A stretch of DNA of 64,000 nt from Nitrospirota bacterium (GTDB taxonomy: Bacteria; Nitrospirota; UBA9217), in the NCBI GenBank assembly GCA_963818475.1, contig CAWFSF010000005.1, forward strand, positions 480,001-544,000, in the 5' to 3' direction. Of the stretch, positions 30,894-40,391 are shown in pieces; positions within the stretch are counted from its first letter, which is position 1, and each line of letters opens with the position of its first letter. The position numbers and the translations under genes were made by a program. Below the pieces are notes generated by a model, which did no database searches, had not been told where the DNA came from, and saw only the letters and a list, made by a program, of their open reading frames with translations.

Positions 30894-33587
30894 GTGGCAG
30901 ATGAACATCAGGAGAGAAAAGAACGCCTTGTGTCTATCGGGTTTACCGTACTATTCGCTATCCTTACATGTTCCCTTACCGTCCCTCCAGCCGCGGCGCA
31001 AACCAAATCGCCGCCCAACAATCGGACGGCGATTACAGCCGTTATTATCCAGGATTCTCCTCCTACCTCCTTTCAGGACCCGAAAACACTTAAAGCCGCC
31101 GGCTTTGCCGTTGATGTCATGGACGAAATAGCCGCGCGTGCGGGGCTTTCCGTGACCTATCATTTTGAAAAGGACTGGGCGGCCGTCATCACAGCAGTAA
31201 GGACCGGGAAGGCGGACATAGCTCCCGTGGTGGGAATAACCGCGGAGAGACAAAAAATCCTGTCATTTACCACGACGGTCGACACCTACCCCCTTGTCAT
31301 ATTCGTACGGTCCAATGACCACTCCATCTCGGCATTGCGAAACGATCTCAGAGTCGGAGTAATTGAGGGCAGCTCCGCGCACGAAATAATAAAGAAAAAG
31401 CACGGCAAGGTATCGTTCAGGACCCTTAACGGCTATTCCGACGGTCTGTTCAATTTGCTGGCCGGCAATATAGACGCTTTTTGTTGCGCGCCCTTTACCC
31501 TGCTGGGCCTGGCGAGGGATGCCGGGGTTGAGGACAAGATCAAGATCGTCGGCGCGCCGATCATGGAACTCAAACGGGGCATGGCAGTGCGGAAAGACGA
31601 TGCAAAGCTTTTAGCGAAGCTCAACGACGTTACAGAGGGTTTCGTCGGTTCTCCCGAGTATCAGCGGATTTATATGAAGTGGTTCGGCTCGTCTAAGCCT
31701 TTTATGGCTGTCTCGAAAAAAACGCTTCTGAGAACGATAGTGATATTTATGATCATCGGCGGCATGGCTTTATGGCGATACATCTCAGTCACCGGTTTGA
31801 ATCGCAAGCTTCAGCAAGAGATTTCCGAGCGCGTCAGAGCCGAAGATACGCTCCGGGAGAAAAACACCATGCTTCACACCTTGATCCATGCCATCCCGGA
31901 CCAGGTTATTTTCAAGGATTTCGCAGGCCGATATTTGCTCGTGAACAAGGCTATGGAGGAAACCTTCGGCCTCGGACAGGAAGCGTTTGTGGGTAAGACC
32001 GATGACGATATCTCTCCTCCGGATGTGGCTGATAAGTGCAAAAAGAGCGATGCGAAAGCGATAAAAAGTGGCGGACCTGCCTGTTCCGAAGAGTGCTATA
32101 CCGATAAAAACGGCGAAGTGAGATTTCTTGATGTTGTCAAAGCCCCTATCCATGATGCCAAAGGAGACCTTAAGGGGCTGGTTGTGGTCAGCCACGACAT
32201 TACCGACCGGAGGCGTACGAATGACGCTTTGCGCGAGAGCGAAAGGCGTTATCGTATCCTGTTCGATCAGTCCCCTGACGGCATACTGCTCATAGACGCC
32301 GCGGGAAAGATCCTTGAATTCAATGAGACGGCCCATCGCCAGCTGGGATACTCACGCGAGGAGTTTGCAAGACTACGCGTTTCCGACATCAATCCTATTG
32401 AGAGCCCCGGAGAAATACGGGACAGAATCAGGAAAATCCACGAGACGGGCCAGGCCAGGTTCGATGTCAAGCACAGGACAAAGCAGGGAGAGCTCCGGGA
32501 TGTTTATATTATCACGCAAGCCATGATTTTGTCGGACAGGCCGGTTGTGTATGCGATATGGCATGACATCACAGATCGCAAGCTGGCGGAGAAGACCCTG
32601 CGCGAGACAAATAAAAGCCTGAGCGCGTTGATCCGATATTCTCCCTTGGCGATTATCAGTATCGGTATTGACGGCCGGGTCTTGATCTGGAATCCGGCGG
32701 CGGAGCGGATATTTGGCTGGACCGAGGGCGAGGTGCTGGGCAGGGAAAATCCGATTGTCCCCGAAGACAGAAGGGACGAGTATTTCAGGCTCACGGAAGA
32801 CGTTGTCAGCGACCATCCCTATCTGTCCCGGGAAATAACCCGCAGAAAGAAGGACGGGACATTAATTCAGCTTAATGCCGCATCGGCAGCCATCCAGGAT
32901 GACAACGGTAACGCGATAGCGTTGTTCGGAATATTTGAAGATATTTCTGAGCGTAAACATGCGGAGGAGCTTATCCGTCGTGCACTCCAGGAAAAGGAAG
33001 TAATGCTCAAGGAGATACACCACCGGGTCAAGAACAACATGCAGGTGATCTACAGCCTGCTGAACCTTAAGGCAAAGAGCGCCACCGACAGCGCGGTCAG
33101 GGACATCCTTGAAGAAAGCCGGGACAGAGTGCACTCCATGTCACTGATCCACGAGACACTCTATCGCTCTGAGGACCTCGCCCATGTCGACTTCAAAACA
33201 TACTTGCTGCGCCTTATCCAGGGTATTTCCAGCACCTACAAGCGCCATGATGTCCAGGTGTTGGTGGATATGGAACCTGTTTCCCTTGATGTGAATACCG
33301 GCATCCCCTGCGGCCTGATCGCGAATGAGCTGGTCTCGAACAGCCTGAAATATGCCTTCCCTGAGGGAAGAAGCGGAACGATCAAGGTCGGCATCAGCAA
33401 CGATGTCATGGGGAACAAGGTCCTGAGCGTTGAGGATAACGGTATCGGCTTACCGGCTACGCTGGATTTCCGCAACACCGCTTCGCTTGGCCTTCAACTG
33501 GTCACGGTGCTGACCGGGCAGATCAACGGTACGATCGAGCTTACGAGAACAGAAGGCACCAGGTTCAGCATAACGATCCCGGGTTAG
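30894..33587 (+). CDS. PBPb-3xPAS histidine kinase (HisKA_2), paralog of the previous gene
   Basis: Intact 897-aa ORF with the same architecture; EIHHRVKNNMQ. Confidence 0.92.
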   Translation: MADEHQERKERLVSIGFTVLFAILTCSLTVPPAAAQTKSPPNNRTAITAVIIQDSPPTSFQDPKTLKAAGFAVDVMDEIAARAGLSVTYHFEKDWAAVITAVRTGKADIAPVVGITAERQKILSFTTTVDTYPLVIFVRSNDHSISALRNDLRVGVIEGSSAHEIIKKKHGKVSFRTLNGYSDGLFNLLAGNIDAFCCAPFTLLGLARDAGVEDKIKIVGAPIMELKRGMAVRKDDAKLLAKLNDVTEGFVGSPEYQRIYMKWFGSSKPFMAVSKKTLLRTIVIFMIIGGMALWRYISVTGLNRKLQQEISERVRAEDTLREKNTMLHTLIHAIPDQVIFKDFAGRYLLVNKAMEETFGLGQEAFVGKTDDDISPPDVADKCKKSDAKAIKSGGPACSEECYTDKNGEVRFLDVVKAPIHDAKGDLKGLVVVSHDITDRRRTNDALRESERRYRILFDQSPDGILLIDAAGKILEFNETAHRQLGYSREEFARLRVSDINPIESPGEIRDRIRKIHETGQARFDVKHRTKQGELRDVYIITQAMILSDRPVVYAIWHDITDRKLAEKTLRETNKSLSALIRYSPLAIISIGIDGRVLIWNPAAERIFGWTEGEVLGRENPIVPEDRRDEYFRLTEDVVSDHPYLSREITRRKKDGTLIQLNAASAAIQDDNGNAIALFGIFEDISERKHAEELIRRALQEKEVMLKEIHHRVKNNMQVIYSLLNLKAKSATDSAVRDILEESRDRVHSMSLIHETLYRSEDLAHVDFKTYLLRLIQGISSTYKRHDVQVLVDMEPVSLDVNTGIPCGLIANELVSNSLKYAFPEGRSGTIKVGISNDVMGNKVLSVEDNGIGLPATLDFRNTASLGLQLVTVLTGQINGTIELTRTEGTRFSITIPG

Positions 33588-33716
33588 TAATGACCAGGGG
33601 ATTGGGTCTCTCTCAGTTCCGGTGTGCCTAGCTGGGAATGAGCGTTTCGTGTAAATTGAGACGAATTGATTTTCAATTCGTAATTACGACGTGCCCCAAA
33701 GACAGAGGAGAACAGG

Positions 33717-35106
33717 ATGGTTAAGAAAAGAATTATGCTGGTCGAGGATGAGGCCGTGACCGCCATGGACCTCAAGTCCAACTTGATCCAGCTCGACTAC
33801 GAGGTCCCGGCGGTCGTGTCGAGCGGAGAGGAAGCGGTCCGCGTCGCAGCTGAAGTGCTTCCGGACCTGATCCTGATGGATATTACCCTTGCCGGCCCCA
33901 TGAACGGCATAGAGGCTGCTGATGAGATACGAAAGGCTCACGCCATCCCCGTTGTTTTTCTGACCGCCCATGCCGATGCCGAGACCATCGGACGCGCCAA
34001 GACCACCGAGCCCTTCGGCTATCTTCCCAAACCCTGCAGCATGGACACACTCATGAGCACGATCGAAGTGGCGCTGTTTAAAGGCGAGGCCGATGCCCAA
34101 CGCAGAAAGGCCGAAGCCAGGCTCAAGCGGGTGATGGAGGAACAGAAGATCATCCTTGACAACACAGGGGTCGGCGTTCTGTTCACAAAGGACAGGAAGA
34201 TCGTCTGGGCGAACAAGAGCATAGCACGCATGATCGGCTATTCCCTCAAAGAGGTCGTTGGTAAGGACACTGCCGATGTTCTACCCGGACAGGCAAAGTT
34301 ATGAGAAGGTCGGAAACGAAGGATATGCGGCGATCACCCAAGGAGAGGTCTACACCACCGAGATCCCGATGAAGAAAAAGGATGGGTCTCTCCTCTGGTG
34401 CCACCTCGTGGGGCAGGCGGTGAATCATGCTGCTCCCGAGGAAGGCTCGATATGGATACTGGAAGATGTGACTCAACGGAGAGAGCTGGAGGAGAGCCTG
34501 AAAAAAAGCGAAATAAAATACCGCACCGTGGCGAATTTCACCCATGACTGGGAATTCTGGATCGGACCGGACGAGCGCCTCCTCTACACCTCTCCCTCCT
34601 GCGAAAGTATAACCGGTCATCCCGCCGCGGCGTTTGAACAGGACATCACCCTGCTTCGCCGGATCATCCATTCCGAGGACCGTGCGGCGTACGATAACCA
34701 CCGCCATCGGGTAAAGGGAGAGGAAAAAGCCGAGGAGCTCGAGTTTCGTATTATCCGCCCCGATGGCACGCTGCGCTGGATCGCCCATGTCTGCCAGCCG
34801 GTCTATGACGACCAGGGGCGTTTCATCGGCAACCGGGGCAGCAACCGTGACATTACGATGCGCAAACTTGCAGACCGGGAACGGGAGCGGATGATCATCC
34901 AACTTCAAGAAGCGCTCGTAAAGGTCAAGACCTTAAGCGGCATGCTTCCGATCTGCGCATCCTGCAAAAAGATCCGCGATGACCAGGGGTACTGGAAGCA
35001 GATCGAGGCGTATATCAGCGACCATTCGGACGCAGAGTTCTCGCACGGCATCTGTCCGGACTGCGCGGAGAAGGTTTACGGAAAATATTACAAGAAGAAA
35101 TCGTGA
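33717..35106 (+). CDS. Response regulator REC-PAS-PAS with CxxC...HxxCxxC tail (frameshift near 34275)
   Basis: MLVEDE, PDLILMDI, GYLPKP; two PAS; LPICASCKKIRDDQGYW...SHGICPDC. Confidence 0.87.
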
Positions 35107-35197
35107 GGGGTGAGTTAGAGCGATCTCAGAAGAACAACGTCATACCGTGCGTATGCTTTCCGCTTGCCCTTCCCCGGTTCCGCGTAGTGGCCTGCCC

Positions 35198-36361
35198 CTA
35201 GATCGCGGCGGCAAGCGCCAGGCCGTGGCTGTGCTTCTTCAGCTTCAGGCGGACCATGCCGAGGTTCGCCTCCTTGTCCGCAACGATCACCAGGAACGCG
35301 TCCGCGCCGATCGGCGCAAGCAGGACCGGGCCGTTGTCGAACTCGATCATGCTGATCAGCATCGTCCCCTTGTCGATCTGCCTTCCCATGGAGTCCGAAG
35401 CGCCGAAGCCGCTCGATGCGATCGCGCCGATCATTTCCCGGTCAATGCCGCTGCGCGCAATGCTGTCGAGCAGAAATCCGTCGCGCGCAACCAGGCAGAC
35501 CGCTTCGATGTTCGGCATCTGTGCAAGCTCGCTCAGGATCTCCCGCGTCGTTGCCATGGCGTCCGCCTTCGTGCTCGCCGTTGATGCCTTGTTCGGCCCT
35601 CCCCGCGCATCCACACGCTGTTCGGGCGCCGGCTCCTGCACCGGCAGGTCCGCAGCCCGCTTTTTTTCCGCAGCAAATGCCGTCCCCGTCTCCGCAGCAC
35701 CTTGTTGCCTGCGTCCCTCGGCAAGAAGCTCCGTAAGCGTACCAGCCACGTTTTTCACGCTCTTTGCACAGTGCGAAGTGATATCGATCCTGGCGTGGGA
35801 CCACGCGGCCATATGGTAAACGGCGTCATTGCCCTGAAGCGGGCCGGTTTCGGCATCGATCAATTCTCCCTGTTTGAAATAGAACGCGCCTTGCCCCCCG
35901 CCGAATTCCACCGCAAGGGTACAGGTCCTTCCTTCCGAGGCGATGAGCTGCAAAAAATCGGGCAGCGTAAGTCCCTGTGCTCGGCCCGGCGCCGCCCATC
36001 TCAGTTCGCTGCTGATCGCGGAAGCCAGGTCCGCGAACTCAAAGGGTTTCTGAATGCAATGGCAAACGGAGAAGTTCTTTAATTTATGCTCGATATCCGG
36101 TGTGTTGAGGTGCGCGGTCATGATGATCGTCGGGAGCTCCGGATGATACTTGCTCATGTAGGCCAGAAGCTCGAAGCCGTCCATGACCGGCATCCTGATG
36201 TCGGTAACGACCAGATCAATCGGCATCGACTTGAGGATCACCGTCGCCTTGGCGCCGTTTTCCGCCGTAACGATCGTGAACTCGCCGGCAGGGTCGCTGA
36301 ACCCGTCGCGAAGACTTATCAGCAGATTTTTTTCATCGTCCACGATGAGAACTTGTTTCAT
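35198..36361 (-). CDS. Response regulator REC-DUF4388-Roadblock/LC7
   Basis: VLIVDDE...DIRMPVMDG...KP; GLTLPDFLQLI...TCTL...FKQGELIDA; C-terminal AVCLVARDGFLL...NLGMVRL. Confidence 0.85.
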   Translation of the reverse strand: MKQVLIVDDEKNLLISLRDGFSDPAGEFTIVTAENGAKATVILKSMPIDLVVTDIRMPVMDGFELLAYMSKYHPELPTIIMTAHLNTPDIEHKLKNFSVCHCIQKPFEFADLASAISSELRWAAPGRAQGLTLPDFLQLIASEGRTCTLAVEFGGGQGAFYFKQGELIDAETGPLQGNDAVYHMAAWSHARIDITSHCAKSVKNVAGTLTELLAEGRRQQGAAETGTAFAAEKKRAADLPVQEPAPEQRVDARGGPNKASTASTKADAMATTREILSELAQMPNIEAVCLVARDGFLLDSIARSGIDREMIGAIASSGFGASDSMGRQIDKGTMLISMIEFDNGPVLLAPIGADAFLVIVADKEANLGMVRLKLKKHSHGLALAAAI

Positions 36362-36467
36362 GATCCCTCACGCAAGAGCTTCGATTTAAAAAACAAGGTC
36401 TTTCCATGGCAGTTCCGGGGCACGGTGAGATCAAAAACGCTTGTCTTTTCTGAGCGCCTTCATCGCA

Positions 36468-37085
36468 CTATGCCAGAATTTTCAGGGCATAACAGCACAT
36501 GTGGTTGTCGAGGACCTTGTCAACCACTTCTTTGGATACGCCGGTCTCCGTCATCCATTTTTCCGCAAATCCCTTTTTGCCTCCCCCGGACTTGCACCCG
36601 AGCTGGATAACATTGATCTTCTTGCCGCCGATCCTGATCTTTTCAGCGATGGCGCTCCGCATGGGCTGATGCACGGAGCAGAAAGGGCTCACCCCGGCCC
36701 CTTCGCCGACCCGGTACTGATCGGTAATGTTGCTCGGCTTGTTGAATTCCGCGGTGAAGTCGGCAAACCCGTCCGGCATTTTTTCAAATACTTTCGTATA
36801 GTTCTTGATGGACGGCCCGAAGGGGCAGAGTTTCAGGCCGAAAATAAAGTTCCCTTCATGGGTCGCCTTCCCTTCGATGATCGTGATCGGGTTGGTCGCG
36901 CTCTCGATCGCGGCAACGTAGGCGTCAAAGTTCGGATAATCGATCTCGGCGATCCGTTCAGCGGTCTTGATGGCGTTCCTGATCAGCGTTCCCTTTGCGC
37001 TTGCCGCCCCGCTCAAGGTGATCATGACCTTGATCATATCGAGAAAACTGACGTGTGCTATGTCGAGGATATTTTCTTCACTCAT
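36468..37085 (-). CDS. Hypothetical protein with CPF...CxxH...C...CC motifs (V4R/MetOD-like, inferred)
   Basis: 205-aa ORF with RBS between the two Roadblock regulators; LKLCPFG, PFCSVHQ, LGCKS, HMCCY. Confidence 0.7.
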   Translation of the reverse strand: MSEENILDIAHVSFLDMIKVMITLSGAASAKGTLIRNAIKTAERIAEIDYPNFDAYVAAIESATNPITIIEGKATHEGNFIFGLKLCPFGPSIKNYTKVFEKMPDGFADFTAEFNKPSNITDQYRVGEGAGVSPFCSVHQPMRSAIAEKIRIGGKKINVIQLGCKSGGGKKGFAEKWMTETGVSKEVVDKVLDNHMCCYALKILA

Positions 37086-37106
37086 AATTCCTGTCCCCCT
37101 ATCGTG

Positions 37107-38300
37107 TTATATCGCCGCGGCGAGCGCGAGCTCATGGCTGTGTTTTTTCAGTTTCAGGCGGATCATGCCGAGGTTCGCTTCCTTGTCGGCAACGATCACC
37201 AGGAACGCGTCCTCGCCGATCGGCGCAAGCAGCACCGGCCCTTTTTCGAACTCGATCATGCTGATCAGCATCGTCCCCTTGTCGAGCTGCCTCCCCATGG
37301 AGTCCGAGGCGCCGAAGCCGCTCGATGCGATCGCGCCGATCATTTCCCGGTCAATGCCGCTGCGCGCAATGCTGTCGAGCAGAAATCCGTCGCGCGCAAC
37401 CAGGCAGACCGCTTCGATGTTATCCAGTTTTGAAAGCTCGCTCAATATCTCCCGTGTCGTTGCCATTTTCCTCTCCTTCGTAGTCGTTCCGGATACCGGC
37501 TGATGTTCGCCGCGCGCTGCCCCAGGCGTCTCCTGCGGCAGCGTGCCGCGTGTTTTTGAACCATTCCCGCCTTCTTTCGTCTGGACCGGGACTGCGGGCG
37601 GGTCTCCCGGAGCCAACCGCTTCTCATCCTGCAGGCGGTACGCTTCCAGAAGGATAAAGCTCAGGGAACTGGTGATGTTCCTGTCTTTTTGTTTGCAGAA
37701 GCTGTCGATCTCGATGGAGGGATCGCTCCAGCATGCCATATCGAGGGCGGCCGCCTCATGCAGGGCAACGCCGTTGTCGGCATCGATAAGGACGCCTTCC
37801 AGGAAATACAGGAATCCCTTCTTCCCCTGCGATGCGATGCTGAGGGTGCAGGTCTTCCGCTCCATCTCCACAAGCTGAAGAAATGCGGGCAGGGTTATCC
37901 CGTGGATGTAGCCCTTCGAAACCGCATGCAGCTCGGCAAAGATATGATCAACAAAGTCCTGAAAGTCTATGGGCTTTTCCAGGATCTCGAAGGCCCCGAG
38001 GCTGTTCACCCGCGCCTTGATCTCGGGCGTGCAGTAGGCGCTCATGACCATGACCGGTAAATGCGGGTGGCTCTTGCTCATGGAAGCAAGAAGGCCGAAC
38101 CCGTCTAATTCCGGCATCTTCAGGTCCGTCACCACCAGGTCGACGCTGCGCGTCTGAAGCGTCTCGACAGCCACCTTGCCGTTCGGGGCGGTTATCGCTT
38201 CAAAATCCGCGGCATAGGCTTCGAGCCCCTGCAGCAGGCTCAGGAGGAATGATTTTTCGTCATCAACGATCAGAACCGTTTTCAGCTTCTTTTTTTCCAT
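37107..38300 (-). CDS. Response regulator REC-DUF4388-Roadblock/LC7 (paralog)
   Basis: VLIVDDE...DLKMPELDG...EKP; GITLPAFLQLVEMERKTCTL; Roadblock near-identical to 35198-35557. Confidence 0.85.
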   Translation of the reverse strand: MEKKKLKTVLIVDDEKSFLLSLLQGLEAYAADFEAITAPNGKVAVETLQTRSVDLVVTDLKMPELDGFGLLASMSKSHPHLPVMVMSAYCTPEIKARVNSLGAFEILEKPIDFQDFVDHIFAELHAVSKGYIHGITLPAFLQLVEMERKTCTLSIASQGKKGFLYFLEGVLIDADNGVALHEAAALDMACWSDPSIEIDSFCKQKDRNITSSLSFILLEAYRLQDEKRLAPGDPPAVPVQTKEGGNGSKTRGTLPQETPGAARGEHQPVSGTTTKERKMATTREILSELSKLDNIEAVCLVARDGFLLDSIARSGIDREMIGAIASSGFGASDSMGRQLDKGTMLISMIEFEKGPVLLAPIGEDAFLVIVADKEANLGMIRLKLKKHSHELALAAAI

Positions 38301-38315
38301 AACATCGTTATTATT

Positions 38316-38331
38316 TGCAATGGACATGCCA
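38316..38331 (-). promoter_or_regulatory. sigma54 (-24/-12) promoter of the Roadblock operon
   Basis: TGGCATGTCCATTGCA on the minus strand, GG-N10-GC spacing exact. Confidence 0.6.
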
Positions 38332-38552
38332 GCGGAAAACGGTGACGATTCCATCAAGAGCGGATCATGGCAGATTCTGATATTTCAATAAGATGCGAAC
38401 ATACGGCTTTTTTTTCAGATCAGATACCGTGAGCGGTCAGCTATGCCACTTTGAAATACGTCAAATTGCTATAGCAGGTTGGACGGGAGGACAGCAACAC
38501 GAACATCCAGGCATTACAGGCCAGGTTCTCAGGAGCGCTCCCTGCTAGACCC

Positions 38553-38597
38553 TTGACAATGAGTGTAACATATGCTACATTGTAATCAGGAGTTACA
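38553..38597 (+). promoter_or_regulatory. sigma70 promoter with two overlapping operator palindromes (probable ChrB sites)
   Basis: TTGACA-17-TACATT; TGTAACATATGCTACA (38564-38579) and TGTAATCAGGAGTTACA (38581-38597). Confidence 0.6.
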
Positions 38598-38618
38598 AGT
38601 TTCCCAAGCAGGAGGTGC

Positions 38619-38846
38619 ATGATGAGAAAGTTCTTGCAGAAGCTCGAAGAGACCTTTGCCGATGCCGCCCTTCTTGAAATGGGCGTCAACCTGGACCGTG
38701 CCGCTGTTGCGGTGAAACACTGTTGGAAAGAACGGCTGGAAGAGAATTTTATCGAGATCGCCTTTGCCGAAGCCGCGGACTACGACGATATCCACAAAGC
38801 CATCTTGAGGGAGCATGGCGGCAACGACGTCTGCTTCGCCCATTGA
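38619..38846 (+). CDS. Small hypothetical protein with an internal repeat (AFAEA-type)
   Basis: AGGAGG RBS; LEETFADAALLE / LEENFIEIAFAEAAD. Confidence 0.65.
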   Translation: MMRKFLQKLEETFADAALLEMGVNLDRAAVAVKHCWKERLEENFIEIAFAEAADYDDIHKAILREHGGNDVCFAH

Positions 38847-38875
38847 CCGATGGTGGAGATCCCTAAAGCGAGGTA

Positions 38876-39859
38876 ATGATGGCAAATGAAGCAAAGCAGG
38901 AATGGCTCCTGATCTTCTATAGTGTGCCCTCCCACCCGGTGAGCAGCCGCATGAAGATCTGGAGAAAGCTCGTACGGTCGGGAGCGGTGCAGCTCAAAGG
39001 AGCGGTGTACATTATTCCCGCTTCCGAGGAGCACCAGGAATTATTTCAATGGCTCGTCGGCGAGGTCCGGTCGCTGGGTGGAGACGGCGCCTTCGTCAGA
39101 AGCAGCTCGATCGAGACCATGAGCGATACTGAGGTTCGCGAGCTTTTTATCCGTCAGATCGGCGAGGAATACCGGGGCCTGGACAAAGCAGTTGCTGCGC
39201 TTGAGCAGAAGGTCCAAAGCATCCGGAAAGGTACGAAGCTCCAGGACAGGCCACTGTTGATCGGCCAGCTTGCCAAAGCAGTCAAGGATTTTGAAGATAT
39301 TCGGAAACGGGATTTCTTTTCCTCGACAGCCGGTGATGCCTTCAACAAACGGCTGCAGCAGCTCCAGTCTGGCCTCAAGGGCCTGGACAAGGCCGTCCCC
39401 GGAGAGGAAGCAACGATATCGCCGAAGCGCGCAGAAAAATACCAGAAGCGGACTTGGATCACGCGGAAAAAACCCTTTGTGGACCGCATGGCCTCTGCGT
39501 GGCTCATTAAACGGTTCATTGATCCCAAGGCGACATTCAAATTCATCGAAGAGCGGGAACTGAACGCCAGCGACCCTGCTGCCACGACCTTCGACCTGCG
39601 AAACGGCGAATTCACCCATCGGGGCGATCTCTGCACCTTCGAAGTGCTGGTAAAGACCTTCGGCATCAGGGACAAAGCGGTAAAACAGATCGCCGAGATC
39701 GTTCATGACCTGGATGTCAAGGACGAGATGTATAACCTTGCCGGGACCGCCGGGGTAGAGGAAATACTGAACGGGATCCGCAAGACCGGCAAGAATGATA
39801 ACGACACGCTGGAACGAGGCATGGCCGTATTCGAGATGCTGTACCAATCAAAAACATAG
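38876..39859 (+). CDS. chrB: Chromate resistance regulator ChrB
   Basis: ChrB_N (WLLIFYSVP...RMKIWRKL..SGAVQL) and ChrB_C (WITRKKPFVDRMASAWLIKRFID...FTHRGDLCTFE). Confidence 0.9.
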   Translation: MMANEAKQEWLLIFYSVPSHPVSSRMKIWRKLVRSGAVQLKGAVYIIPASEEHQELFQWLVGEVRSLGGDGAFVRSSSIETMSDTEVRELFIRQIGEEYRGLDKAVAALEQKVQSIRKGTKLQDRPLLIGQLAKAVKDFEDIRKRDFFSSTAGDAFNKRLQQLQSGLKGLDKAVPGEEATISPKRAEKYQKRTWITRKKPFVDRMASAWLIKRFIDPKATFKFIEERELNASDPAATTFDLRNGEFTHRGDLCTFEVLVKTFGIRDKAVKQIAEIVHDLDVKDEMYNLAGTAGVEEILNGIRKTGKNDNDTLERGMAVFEMLYQSKT

Positions 39860-39924
39860 CGGGGTTTCCTGCCTGCCTCTGTGCAGTGGTGAAATCCGAT
39901 GTCCAGATCAGGAGGTAATGTGCC

Positions 39925-40391
39925 ATGAAATGGATAACCAGAGAGAATGTCAAAGTAGACCGTGTTGCCTGCCCCTGGCTCATCAGGAAGTTCGTGGACA
40001 AGAAGGCGGAATTTCTGTTCGTACCCGCAGAGAACGTGCAGGCCGAGGCCGCACGCACAGGGGCGATCCCCTATGATGTCTCCGAACGCGGAGCTGGGCC
40101 ATCACGGCAAGGAGTGTTCCTTTGACGCTATCGTGAAGAAATACGGCCTCGCCAAAGACCCTGCACTCGTGCTGCTCGCCAGGATCGTGAACGGTGCGGA
40201 CACGGACAACAGCCTCCACCATCAGCCGGAAGGCCCGGGGCTCGAACGCGGTCGCAGAAGGGTTCCGCCATCTGGGACTCAAGGACGACCACGCGATCAA
40301 TGCGGCGGAATGGATCGTGTATGATGCACTTTATGCATACTGTGAGGCGATGATAGAAAAAGAAAGGCCCCATGGCGCATTCGCGGCGTAA
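39925..40391 (+). CDS. Stand-alone ChrB C-terminal domain protein (ChrF-like), indels
   Basis: MKWITRENVKVDRVACPWLIRKFVD...HHGKECSFDAI...IVNGADT...YDALYAYC. Confidence 0.85.
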
